From a virus: DNA of 64,000 bases. The translations under genes and the position numbers were made by a program. Position 1 is the stretch's first letter. Each line of letters opens with the position of its first letter. This document shows positions 19,199 to 27,562 of this stretch, piece by piece. The notes below the pieces were generated by a model. That model saw nothing but the letters and a program-made list of their open reading frames with translations, did no database searches and was not told the origin of the DNA. The DNA lies in IMG/VR virus record IMGVR_UViG_3300023184_000083, positions 13,725-77,724 of that record; one strand, written 5' to 3'.

Positions 19199-19402
19199 AT
19201 GAAAGAACCAAAGTATCCCGATATAACAGTCCCCCTATTTGGGGAAGACGGTAACGCCTTCTCTATTCTTGGTCGGGTCATGCGAGCCATGCGACGCAAC
19301 GGAATCTACACAAACAAGTGGGACGAGTTCCACGCCGAAGCCACAGCAGGTGATTACGATAATCTGCTCGCCACGGTGATGACATGGTTCTCGGTCGTAT
19401 GA
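19199..19402 (+). CDS. conserved small phage protein (GEDGNAF.I.G..GDYD.LL family)
   Basis: Recognisable motif; leaderless. Confidence 0.7.
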   Translation: MKEPKYPDITVPLFGEDGNAFSILGRVMRAMRRNGIYTNKWDEFHAEATAGDYDNLLATVMTWFSVV

Positions 19403-19519
19403 TGCGCCCTGAACAGCCCCGGGACCACGAAAGCAAGTGCCCCTGCAACGAGTGTGAAACTTGGGCGTGGGCATTGCTTGATTGGGAAGACGCAGAACGC
19501 AAGGAAGGGCGTGACCCAC

Positions 19520-19732
19520 ATGACCGTAATCGTTGAACTCATAAATACCTCAGACCCGCACACGGGGCTAAAAGCCGGCGATAGAGGACTGCTCGTTCGT
19601 CGTCGCCAAGACCCTTGGGGTGAAGTCATAGACGTAGCGTGGGATAGTGGCTCAACGCTCTCACTCGTGAAAGGTGAGGACTCATGGACTGAGCGAGCCC
19701 CGCACCCCGACGACGACTTCATGTACGACTAA
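19520..19732 (+). CDS. DUF4314-like protein
   Basis: VEL....DP...L..G.RG....D..G..I.V.WD.GS.LSL..G.D. Confidence 0.7.
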   Translation: MTVIVELINTSDPHTGLKAGDRGLLVRRRQDPWGEVIDVAWDSGSTLSLVKGEDSWTERAPHPDDDFMYD

Positions 19733-19786
19733 AAGTTTGTTTGTTCTAATGTTGTTATTGCGTCTAATAAAGGATAGTATGAACAT

Positions 19787-19927
19787 ATGAAGAAACGCAC
19801 AATAACCTCATGGTCTGATGAAGACCGTCAGGCATTTGCTGACCGCAACATTCTAAAAGCGCAACGCATACCTGACAAAAAAAAGCAACAGTCTCGCAAC
19901 GCTTGTCGTCAGGTTCGCTTCGCATGA
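19787..19927 (+). CDS. small basic protein (46 aa, leaderless)
   Basis: Hand-translated MKKRTITSWSDEDRQAFADRN...; ATG at +1 of promoter. Confidence 0.55.
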   Translation: MKKRTITSWSDEDRQAFADRNILKAQRIPDKKKQQSRNACRQVRFA

Positions 19928-20091
19928 TATTTATTCTCGTCATGCTTGCTGGGCTTCTGCTCGGACTGGTCGCACGGTTTTTTCCTGCCGATAAAGGTTG
20001 GGGAAAAGATGATGACTAAGGTTGTCATTATCACTAATAACGGATAGAGTGATACTACCAAATACTAATTCCCACCGAAAGGGGAAATCAA

Positions 20092-20520
20092 GTGGCTAAT
20101 ACTAGCAAGTCCATAAATGTAAAGGTGACTACATCTAAAGTCATCACCGCCTTAGAAAAGGCTCTCGCTGACCGCCAGACGGAAATCGCCGACTACGCAA
20201 AAGCGAAAAAGGAATACCAAAAGGAAGTTAAAGACTTCCAAGACACTCTTGCTGAGTTGTTTCGTTCAGGTAAAGGAAAAGTAACAGATGTTTCTAAGTA
20301 CAACACCTATCGTCACGATGACGAAAAGAACAAGTACCAAATCACCGTTGAGTTCCCTGCTTCCATAAAGTCGCCAGTAGAACCTGAACAGAACCATAAT
20401 GACTGGGCTATTAAGTCCGACATTGAGGAACTAGAAAACGCTATCGCTCTGCTTAAAATGACAGACGAGGAGTATGTATCCACTTCTACCTATAAGGGTG
20501 TGGCTCGCCTCATTAAGTAG
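20092..20520 (+). CDS. coiled-coil hypothetical protein
   Basis: Promoter, AAGGGG RBS, hairpin downstream. Confidence 0.7.
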   Translation: MANTSKSINVKVTTSKVITALEKALADRQTEIADYAKAKKEYQKEVKDFQDTLAELFRSGKGKVTDVSKYNTYRHDDEKNKYQITVEFPASIKSPVEPEQNHNDWAIKSDIEELENAIALLKMTDEEYVSTSTYKGVARLIK

Positions 20521-20586
20521 GCAAACCAAGAACAAAACGATAGTGTGGGGTGGGGAAACTCACCCCATTACTACGGAGAGGAATAA

Positions 20587-20829
20587 ATGATTATTCAACC
20601 AAGTCTCACGGAGGCTTTTCTTCGGGGCTCCCGTCTCGGGAAACAAGATAGGTCTTTGGACATTTCTAACTACGAACCACTCAACAGTTCATGGGAAGGT
20701 AAGACCGCCTATCAAATTATTGACGAACTGCTTAGTGGTGGTGAAGTAGAACAGTTTTACCATGAGTTATGCGACACTTTCTGTGCTGGTTACTTTGAGG
20801 GAAACAGGAAGCCCCGTGTCTCTCTTTAG
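20587..20829 (+). CDS. hypothetical protein
   Basis: GAGGA RBS. Confidence 0.55.
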   Translation: MIIQPSLTEAFLRGSRLGKQDRSLDISNYEPLNSSWEGKTAYQIIDELLSGGEVEQFYHELCDTFCAGYFEGNRKPRVSL

Positions 20830-21013
20830 TTGCGAAATCTGCGGGAACACAGTAGACCCCAAAGGCAAAAGCACGGTTCAACTAGTGAACGCTTGGATAC
20901 GGGGCGGCTCACGTGCGCTGTTCTCTATTGAAGATAGAACTTATCGCTATCGCCACGAAGTGTGTTGCGCTAGACCTGACGATAACGGACAACAGGAGTC
21001 ACTGTTCGGATGA
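20816..21013 (+). CDS. Zn-finger protein
   Basis: CEICG...RHEVC. Confidence 0.5.
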   Translation: MSLFSCEICGNTVDPKGKSTVQLVNAWIRGGSRALFSIEDRTYRYRHEVCCARPDDNGQQESLFG

Positions 21014-21190
21014 GTAAAATAATTACCGCTTGGGCGGCTCTAATATCCGCACCTTTAATGTTCCTGCTTCCGCCGGGGCTCCAGATGTACGCCGTTCTGG
21101 TTTTTGCTTTTTCGTTGCTGAAATTGTTTGTAGTCAAATAATCTTTTGCTCAAGGTTGTCATTGTTACTAATAATGGATAACTTGAAGGT

Positions 21191-21421
21191 ATGACATATT
21201 TTGAAACATTCCAAGGCTTGCTTGATAGCGAGTATTACTCTATTGGCGTGACGGGCGCAGAAGCCCTCGTGAACATGCTTGACGACCTGAACCAAGGTCG
21301 TCTCGTGGAGTTCTTCTTAGAACAAGAAGTCACCGAAGCCGAGTTCCTGATGACCGTGAACCGTCTCGCTGTTAAGTGGGCTTCCGAAAACGTACTTAAC
21401 GTAGTCGTAGGGGTGAAGTGA
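21191..21421 (+). CDS. acidic hypothetical protein (leaderless)
   Basis: ATG at +1 of promoter. Confidence 0.65.
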   Translation: MTYFETFQGLLDSEYYSIGVTGAEALVNMLDDLNQGRLVEFFLEQEVTEAEFLMTVNRLAVKWASENVLNVVVGVK

Positions 21422-21609
21422 TGGGACAAGCCCCGGCTATTGACAAGCAATGTTTCAAGCACCTGATGCTGATGTTGTGGAACGCCTACCTGATGCTACT
21501 GCTACCCTCGGGGCTGCTGTTCGTCGTGCCGATGGCGTTTAGCGCATACCACGCATACCACGCACTAAAACTTCTTCTGAAGGTTGGCATTACGCCTAAT
21601 AACAGATAG
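21418..21609 (+). CDS. small membrane protein
   Basis: Hydrophobic; C-terminus encoded by next promoter repeat. Confidence 0.5.
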   Translation: MMGQAPAIDKQCFKHLMLMLWNAYLMLLLPSGLLFVVPMAFSAYHAYHALKLLLKVGITPNNR

Positions 21610-21644
21610 AGTGTAACTATCAACTACTACCGAGAGGAAATCTC

Positions 21645-22064
21645 ATGACCCCTATCCAATACGCAACAGAATTACTAACTAAATCAGGTGACACTTGGGA
21701 AATCCCTACGCCACTTTTGTACGGAGTTACAGACGCAGGTGAGTTCCAACTTCTTTCTTCTGACATTGCCGACATTTATGAAGCCATTGACGAAGTCACA
21801 ATCCCTACCTACATGGTTGCGTTCGGCGTAGTCACGACTGGCTGGGCTGCGCCACTCAACGCAGATGGCACAATGGAAGGCGCACCTTCTAAGCACGCTC
21901 AACGCCGTCGTGTGAAGTTGGTATCGGTCATAAACGACAACGGTGCTGGCTCGGCTATGTCTTTCGCAGACGAACCCGAAGATGTAATCACAGATGAAGG
22001 TAGTGCTACTGGCTCACTCGCAGAGGCAATCACCGAAGCGTGGGAAAACAAGGCAACAGCCTAA
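21645..22064 (+). CDS. hypothetical protein, paralog of 17092-17502
   Basis: Shared motifs; promoter + GAGG RBS. Confidence 0.65.
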   Translation: MTPIQYATELLTKSGDTWEIPTPLLYGVTDAGEFQLLSSDIADIYEAIDEVTIPTYMVAFGVVTTGWAAPLNADGTMEGAPSKHAQRRRVKLVSVINDNGAGSAMSFADEPEDVITDEGSATGSLAEAITEAWENKATA

Positions 22065-22224
22065 GTGTTCGCTACGAGGGGTGGGGATACCTGCCCCTCA
22101 CAGCACATTGGTGGCCCCGTGCATTTGCTATCCGCCACCGTCGCTACTTGAGAAAAGCGCACACCCAAGCCCCCGGGGCTCACGCGTCGCATTTTGACTT
22201 TGTTATGTGTTTATGTCTGTCTCT

Positions 22225-22257
22225 TTTTCCACAACCTGTGGATAATTCTGTGGATAA
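22225..22257. promoter_or_regulatory. three DnaA boxes
   Basis: TTTTCCACA 22225, TGTGGATAA 22237 and 22249 (12-bp period). Confidence 0.7.
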
Positions 22258-22310
22258 GTTTTCTTGTTGGCGAGGTTGGCATTATGCCTAATAACGGATA
22301 ACTTGAAGGT

Positions 22311-22580
22311 ATGAAGTTCACAGACATCACCACCCCATCAGGCATAGTAACCATTGACCAGACAGACGGTTACATGACCTCTACTCCAAACTCCGAGGCT
22401 GTCACTCGTTGGTCTTTCTTTCCTAAATATGATTATCTCCATGTGACTTGGGGGCAGACAAAGTACATCTATTCGGGTGTGCCGTTCTCTGTTATCGCTC
22501 GTCTCTTGGCAACAGATAGCGTTGGTCGCTTCCTTAACACGGAAGTTAAGCCGAACTACGAAGTAACAAAGGTGGACTAA
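22311..22580 (+). CDS. KTSC-domain protein (leaderless)
   Basis: S.AV.......L.V.......Y.Y.GVP......L....SVGRF.N..VK..Y. Confidence 0.7.
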   Translation: MKFTDITTPSGIVTIDQTDGYMTSTPNSEAVTRWSFFPKYDYLHVTWGQTKYIYSGVPFSVIARLLATDSVGRFLNTEVKPNYEVTKVD

Positions 22581-22662
22581 TGAAAACACTGCTCGCAATT
22601 ATCCTTAGCCTGCCTCTCGGGGCTGTAGTCTTCATGGCTGTCGTTCTTGCAGGGGGTGACAA

Positions 22663-23043
22663 ATGACGCCTGCCGAGTGTCGCTCTCGTTTGTTTGGCTA
22701 TGTCCTAGCGAACCATAGGTACGGAGACTTCCACCCATCTCGTGTGTTTGTAGAGTTAGCCCTCATTGCTGGAGAGAACGCCTTTGACGACTCTGACCTC
22801 ATCATGGAGTTCGTTGACGGGGCTCTCGCCGGCTATAACCCCAACACTGTTGTCGTAGACCCACCCTCTCTCATGGCTGGCTTTGACGCACTTCACCAAG
22901 ACGCTTGGCTTGCTGGTCTAGCATGGGGCGAGAAGAAGGACTCCGAACAACACGAGTGGGATAAGTTGCCCACCTACGATGAGTTCCGTGAATGGTTAAA
23001 CTCTCCGTTTGACGAGGAAGAAGAAGAACTTGAAATGCTGTGA
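22663..23043 (+). CDS. acidic hypothetical protein
   Basis: 126-aa ORF; GGGGG RBS. Confidence 0.55.
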   Translation: MTPAECRSRLFGYVLANHRYGDFHPSRVFVELALIAGENAFDDSDLIMEFVDGALAGYNPNTVVVDPPSLMAGFDALHQDAWLAGLAWGEKKDSEQHEWDKLPTYDEFREWLNSPFDEEEEELEML

Positions 23044-23446
23044 TAACTGCGGGGTTGAAGCCCCGGACTCCCAACAACAGGGAGGCTATATTGACTACGG
23101 CTGGTCGTTGAACTGGCTTGCACTCGGTCACTACGGTGGTTTTACGGACTGTGTTCCCGAACGAGACTACGAAGTAGATAGTCCTCGTTACCTCGCTCAT
23201 CTCTGTCACGACTGCTGTATTAAACTCCTGAACGTGCTGCCGGGACTCGCAAAGTTGATTTTCCCACAAGAAGGTGGGGGTCACCCGAACATCAACGAAC
23301 ACGATGCAGACGATGGAACCTTGACTCCACCCTGCTGTCAGTGGGCGTGGACGTGGAAACGTAGCCCCGCTGGCGCACCGAACGCTGGTCAGTACGAGAC
23401 ATACTTTGCTACGGCTGATGGTGGCTGGAAAAAAATTAACGACTAA
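23030..23446 (+). CDS. Cys-rich hypothetical protein
   Basis: CDNCG...LCHDC; GAGGA upstream. Confidence 0.55.
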   Translation: MKCCDNCGVEAPDSQQQGGYIDYGWSLNWLALGHYGGFTDCVPERDYEVDSPRYLAHLCHDCCIKLLNVLPGLAKLIFPQEGGGHPNINEHDADDGTLTPPCCQWAWTWKRSPAGAPNAGQYETYFATADGGWKKIND

Positions 23447-23484
23447 GGGTTGTCATTACCCTTAATAACGGATAGTCTGAAGGT

Positions 23485-23706
23485 ATGAGTGAATACGAAA
23501 TACCAGAAATGCCCGACTACTGCCATTGTAGTAGCAACGGAGAGTGCGCCTACTGCCTCTCCCAAGACGAACTAGAACTAAAGGTTTCCTTCCATGTTCA
23601 GAACGCAGGAAAAGAAGTGCTGTTCACAGGGTCGCTTGCGCAGTGTAGAGCCTTCATGGAGAAGAACGAAATTGCCCGTAGAGAGTTGCTGTGGGTTAAA
23701 CAGTAA
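23485..23706 (+). CDS. hypothetical protein (leaderless)
   Basis: ATG at +1 of promoter; terminator follows. Confidence 0.6.
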   Translation: MSEYEIPEMPDYCHCSSNGECAYCLSQDELELKVSFHVQNAGKEVLFTGSLAQCRAFMEKNEIARRELLWVKQ

Positions 23707-23718
23707 CGTCACAAGAAT

Positions 23719-23746
23719 TACCCCTGCCTTCGGGTGGGGGTTTTTT
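23719..23746 (+). terminator. intrinsic terminator
   Basis: ACCCCTGCC-TTCG-GGTGGGGGT + T6. Confidence 0.75.
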
Positions 23747-23757
23747 ATTGCCCGAAC

Positions 23758-24021
23758 TCAGTCCGCCGCGGGACTGCCGGAAGAACGACGTATCTTCATT
23801 ACTTGACTGTAGACAGACATCATGGCATCGTTGAGTTCTTTGTTGTTGTCAGAAGCAACGAACTTCATGTCGGCTCTTGTCCAACACGTGACGTTCCAAC
23901 GCCCCGCTTGCCGGAGTATTTCAAAGTCAAGGTTCATTAGGTCAAACCACTTCGTAAACTGGGCGATGTCGTTCCCTGATGTGGCGAGTTTCTTTTCTTC
24001 TGTTCCCCAAGATGATGGCAT
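23758..24021 (-). CDS. hypothetical protein
   Basis: Convergent ORF; start uncertain. Confidence 0.45.
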   Translation of the reverse strand: MPSSWGTEEKKLATSGNDIAQFTKWFDLMNLDFEILRQAGRWNVTCWTRADMKFVASDNNKELNDAMMSVYSQVMKIRRSSGSPAAD

Positions 24022-24116
24022 GCTTTTACTGTAGTGCATCGGGACCCCTGGCCGGCCGCACAAACAAACCAAACATGCAGGTTGTGATAAGCCCTAATAA
24101 GGGATAGAGTGTAAGT

Positions 24117-24324
24117 ATCGGTAAAGGACACCGAGTGGAAACCAAAGACTGAGTAATCTCCTAAGGCAACTCGGCGATTGGGAGTGCCACAAATATGCAG
24201 AGAAGCCCTACCTGCTGGATTGTTTCACGACTAATAACCTCGTTCTTCTCTCAGAGCGTCAATGGTGAATCACAGAGAACTAGAACCCCATCACAGTCTG
24301 GCGATTGTGTTGGGGTTCTTTTTT
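24117..24324 (+). ncRNA. candidate structured small RNA (~208 nt)
   Basis: Full early promoter (-35 at 24082, -10 at 24105) with no ATG at +1; several stems; ends in AGAACCCCA..TGGGGTTCT + T6 terminator. Confidence 0.55.
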
Positions 24325-24536
24325 GTCCCCTACCGGCCGCAGCCCCGTCGTTGTCTTCTTGGGTCTAGTTTTTCATAGCCTTTCCGCCACCGTCACTGCT
24401 TCAGGAAACAACAACACTCCGCTGCGGCGGGGCTAGGGGCCCCAGACTGAGAGTCAGGATTTGGGTGGCAGGAAAGAAGATTTATTTCTTTCATTTTGAC
24501 GTTGTAATAACGACTAATAATGGATAGATTGAAGAT

Positions 24537-24851
24537 ATGAACATTTCACTTGACAACGAAAACCTAAAGATAGATGGTCGTGTGGTTGCAAAAATAACCT
24601 CAAAGGCTTCATTTATCCTTCTTCGTGACACACTCCTAAAAACACTCCCACCAACCGAGGCTGTTTATTTGGCTCTCGCAATGATGGGAGAGTCTCGCAC
24701 GACAGACATTGCTGACTTTACTGGACAGGATAAGTCAAACTGCCTTCGTCGCTTGGCTGAGTTGGAAGAAGCGGGGCGCATTGTGCTCACAGATAACGCT
24801 TACAACAACGGACTTCGTGGTCGCCCAACCCGTATGTGGGCAGTCGCCTAG
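24537..24851 (+). CDS. winged-helix DNA-binding protein (leaderless)
   Basis: RTTDIADFTGQDKSNCLRRLAELEEAG...GRP...W. Confidence 0.7.
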   Translation: MNISLDNENLKIDGRVVAKITSKASFILLRDTLLKTLPPTEAVYLALAMMGESRTTDIADFTGQDKSNCLRRLAELEEAGRIVLTDNAYNNGLRGRPTRMWAVA

Positions 24852-25029
24852 AGTCGTTCTCCCTCTTGTGTTGAGGTATCATCTTGGTACAACGACACGA
24901 GAGGGTAGTTATGACTAAGAAAGACGACGACGGGGCTGACAAGAAGCAAGAAAAGCCCAAGAAGCAGGAAAGACCACGCTTCGTCCAACGAGTTTGGGGA
25001 AGTAATAAATGCTGTGGGAGACCACCCGT

Positions 25030-25275
25030 ATGATAGTCCCCATCTTTGTTCTGAACCGCATCCCCGAGACAACCTCTTTGTGGGTGTGTCAGAACTGCGA
25101 AGACTACTGGTGGGAGTCCCGAGATTGCGAAGTATGCAACGCAACGGGTGAACTGGTTGCTTCTCCAAAACAAACTGTCGGTTGCAACATGGGCGATATG
25201 TTCGGGGCTGATTTCTTGTTCCACAAGCAAATGAACAGACACATCAAGAAAAACATACTGTGGGCACCTTGGTAA
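25030..25275 (+). CDS. Zn-ribbon protein
   Basis: CQNC...CEVCNATG. Confidence 0.5.
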   Translation: MIVPIFVLNRIPETTSLWVCQNCEDYWWESRDCEVCNATGELVASPKQTVGCNMGDMFGADFLFHKQMNRHIKKNILWAPW

Positions 25276-25331
25276 AAAATCTTTTTTTGTCAGAGGTTGT
25301 CATTGTTCTTTATTAAGGATAGATTGAAGAT

Positions 25332-25616
25332 ATGAAAATACTTACAGACGACGATATGGAAGTTGTAGCCAACGCTAACGATGGCTTCGGTTCCTTATTC
25401 ATCACACTCGCTGGTCTAATGGATAGACTCGGCATTAAGACACTAAAGTCAGCCCTCACCTATTTGCCTGAAGAAATTGCAGGCGATGTAGAGATGGATA
25501 AAGCACTAAAGTGGGTTCGCTGGGCTATGGGTCAAAAAGGCGATTGCCCAACTCCTGAAATTGGAACGGCTTGTCATCACTTTCTTGCTGTAGGATTGCT
25601 TGAGGAAACAGAATAA
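25332..25616 (+). CDS. hypothetical protein (leaderless)
   Basis: ATG at +1 of promoter. Confidence 0.65.
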   Translation: MKILTDDDMEVVANANDGFGSLFITLAGLMDRLGIKTLKSALTYLPEEIAGDVEMDKALKWVRWAMGQKGDCPTPEIGTACHHFLAVGLLEETE

Positions 25617-25915
25617 TGGTCGGCAAAAACGCACCCAACTTTGACCCACAGCCAATGATGGATAGGCTCACACAGCCGATGTCATTTGACGAGTGGATTG
25701 TCATCGGCATGAACAGCGGTTGGTGTAGCCCACCGTTGTGTGAAACCCACGACGGGGTCCCGCAAACTAAAGCCGAAGAAGAGCAGTGGGAAGAAGGTGG
25801 CGACCCATGTATTCATGTGATTCGCCTGTTTGACTCACCCGAAGATAAGGCTGAGGCAGAAGAGGGTCACTCACCCTCGCAGTGGCGCAACCATTGGAAG
25901 CAGTCAGATGTCTGA
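25616..25915 (+). CDS. conserved actinophage-type protein (GWC.PP.C.THDG.P..E..G.DPC.H..RL)
   Basis: Motif pattern; coupled. Confidence 0.65.
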   Translation: MVGKNAPNFDPQPMMDRLTQPMSFDEWIVIGMNSGWCSPPLCETHDGVPQTKAEEEQWEEGGDPCIHVIRLFDSPEDKAEAEEGHSPSQWRNHWKQSDV

Positions 25916-26096
25916 GCACTCATACTTTCGTGCAGACTTAGAGAACGACATGAAGTTCCTCGTCGGTGCTGGGCTCATAGAAGTCGCCGGCATTGACGAA
26001 GACGGGGACTGGCTGTACCAGCCGACTGCTAAAGGAAAAGCAATGTCACTAGAAATGATGCAACAAATGATTGAAGCCTCTGGGGAAGAAGAATGA
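25908..26096 (+). CDS. small wHTH-wing-like protein
   Basis: GLIEVAGIDEDG.WLY..T.KG. Confidence 0.55.
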   Translation: MSEHSYFRADLENDMKFLVGAGLIEVAGIDEDGDWLYQPTAKGKAMSLEMMQQMIEASGEEE

Positions 26097-26326
26097 CCGT
26101 GGCCCCGTTGTTCAAAGAATTCGCATCAGCCGAGGAGTTTGAGGAAGCGGTTAAGTCTGCTTACGGACACCCATCATGTACATTGCGTTACGGACAGTTG
26201 TACTTCAACATGCTTACAAAGTGTCGCCCTGAAATCGCTAAAGCGTTACAAGGCGGGGCACTAGACCCGTTCTACAAAGAGGGCGTATCAGACGCAACAC
26301 GCAGTGTCGTAGAGTCTCGTTGGTAA
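26093..26326 (+). CDS. conserved small phage protein (LRYGQ..FN.L..DPFY)
   Basis: Motif; ATGA overlap. Confidence 0.6.
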   Translation: MTVAPLFKEFASAEEFEEAVKSAYGHPSCTLRYGQLYFNMLTKCRPEIAKALQGGALDPFYKEGVSDATRSVVESRW

Positions 26327-26363
26327 GGTTGCCATTGTTGCTAATAAGGGTTACACTGAAGTC

Positions 26364-26540
26364 ATGAACATACCAGCACCATTTAAAGGTACAGCAGAAC
26401 AAGCGAAAGCAAACTTTGCAACTCATCGTTTTAGTAACGACGACGACTTTAGATGTGGTCAGTGCGACTGCAAACCATGGCACATAACAGCCAGTTATCC
26501 GTGCGGTGAGGAACCACCTCGCATTTTCGTAAACGAATAA
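26364..26540 (+). CDS. small Cys protein (58 aa, leaderless)
   Basis: Hand-translated ...RCGQCDCKPW...YPCG; ATG at +1; terminator 26557-26593. Confidence 0.6.
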   Translation: MNIPAPFKGTAEQAKANFATHRFSNDDDFRCGQCDCKPWHITASYPCGEEPPRIFVNE

Positions 26541-26787
26541 ACCATCTCCACTCAGAGCGAAAGCCGGGACTCTTCGGGGTCCTGGCTTTTTCGCATTATG
26601 GGTTTGCTTTCCGCCACCGTCACTACTTGAGTAAACATTTGTTCCGGCTGCTGCCGGTCCCGCGCGCCATCTTCAGATAATGAGTCAAACGGGGGGCAAA
26701 AAAGGCAAATAAAAAGTTTCTATTTAAGGTTGTGTTTACCCTTAATAACGGTTAGAGTGTTCTTATGAGTGGAGAGGGGGTGAAAAA

Positions 26788-26928
26788 ATGATGACAACCA
26801 CGACTTGCTGGTTTTGCGGCGTACTGTGCCCAATCCAAGGTTCTGCGGAACTGCCCGAGGGCGGGGCCGAGCCTGCGGGTACTTGCCCTGCCTGCGAAGC
26901 GGAGCAGGCGCTAGAAGCACTACTCTAG
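26788..26928 (+). CDS. small Zn-ribbon protein (46 aa)
   Basis: CWFCG...CPAC; GGGGGTG RBS. Confidence 0.5.
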   Translation: MMTTTTCWFCGVLCPIQGSAELPEGGAEPAGTCPACEAEQALEALL

Positions 26929-26982
26929 CCTTCCAACCCCCCAAAGCCCTCCGACAGGACAGGCTAGGGGTACGGGCGGGGC

Positions 26983-27213
26983 TCAGTTCTCCCAGGGGGT
27001 GCCATTCCAGTTGCCTAGCCGCTTAGCCATTGAGCCGAGCGTGTTCGCTCCGCCTTCCCATTTGATTTCCTTAGCCCCGGTTTCCATCAACTTAAGTTGA
27101 CGCCTGATGTCTTCAAGCATTTGTTCAAGGAGACGCAAGCGCCCCTCCAGTCGCTTGATGCGCTGTTCGTGCAGTTCGTCAGGAAGTTCAGGGTTGTCGT
27201 TCTGTTCGCTCAT
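26983..27213 (-). CDS. coiled-coil hypothetical protein
   Basis: Heptad pattern; GAGGA RBS. Confidence 0.5.
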   Translation of the reverse strand: MSEQNDNPELPDELHEQRIKRLEGRLRLLEQMLEDIRRQLKLMETGAKEIKWEGGANTLGSMAKRLGNWNGTPWEN

Positions 27214-27329
27214 TTCCTCAGACTACACGCAGCGGGACTCAACGTCGGGGGACACGCCCCCATAAAACCCCTCAAAACTTTCTTGCTCATAATGTTGTAA
27301 TTGTTACTAATAAAGGATAGAGTGTTCTT

Positions 27330-27458
27330 ATGAGTGGTGAGGAGGTGAATATGGGAATTGATTGCGAAGAAACTTGCAAGTGTGGTATTACTTACCAAAC
27401 GTGGCTAGTTTACGACGTTGAGTGCATTGACGATAAAGTGCACGTGTGGGAAGACTAA
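27330..27458 (+). CDS. small Cys/His peptide (42 aa; alternative start 27351)
   Basis: Promoter upstream; terminator 27479-27510. Confidence 0.5.
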   Translation: MSGEEVNMGIDCEETCKCGITYQTWLVYDVECIDDKVHVWED

Positions 27459-27562
27459 ATAGTCACCCACAACAAAATAACCCGTCTGTGCCCTCCGCAG
27501 ACGGGTTTTTGTTTGCCCTGATTCACGTCGTATCTGGGGCCCCGCGATAGACTGAGAGCATC

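Noticed and set aside
24117-24324. Known ribozyme or riboswitch (hammerhead, HDV/theta, raiA)
   Set aside because: No CUGANGA/GAAA core arrangement or other diagnostic consensus that I can recognise
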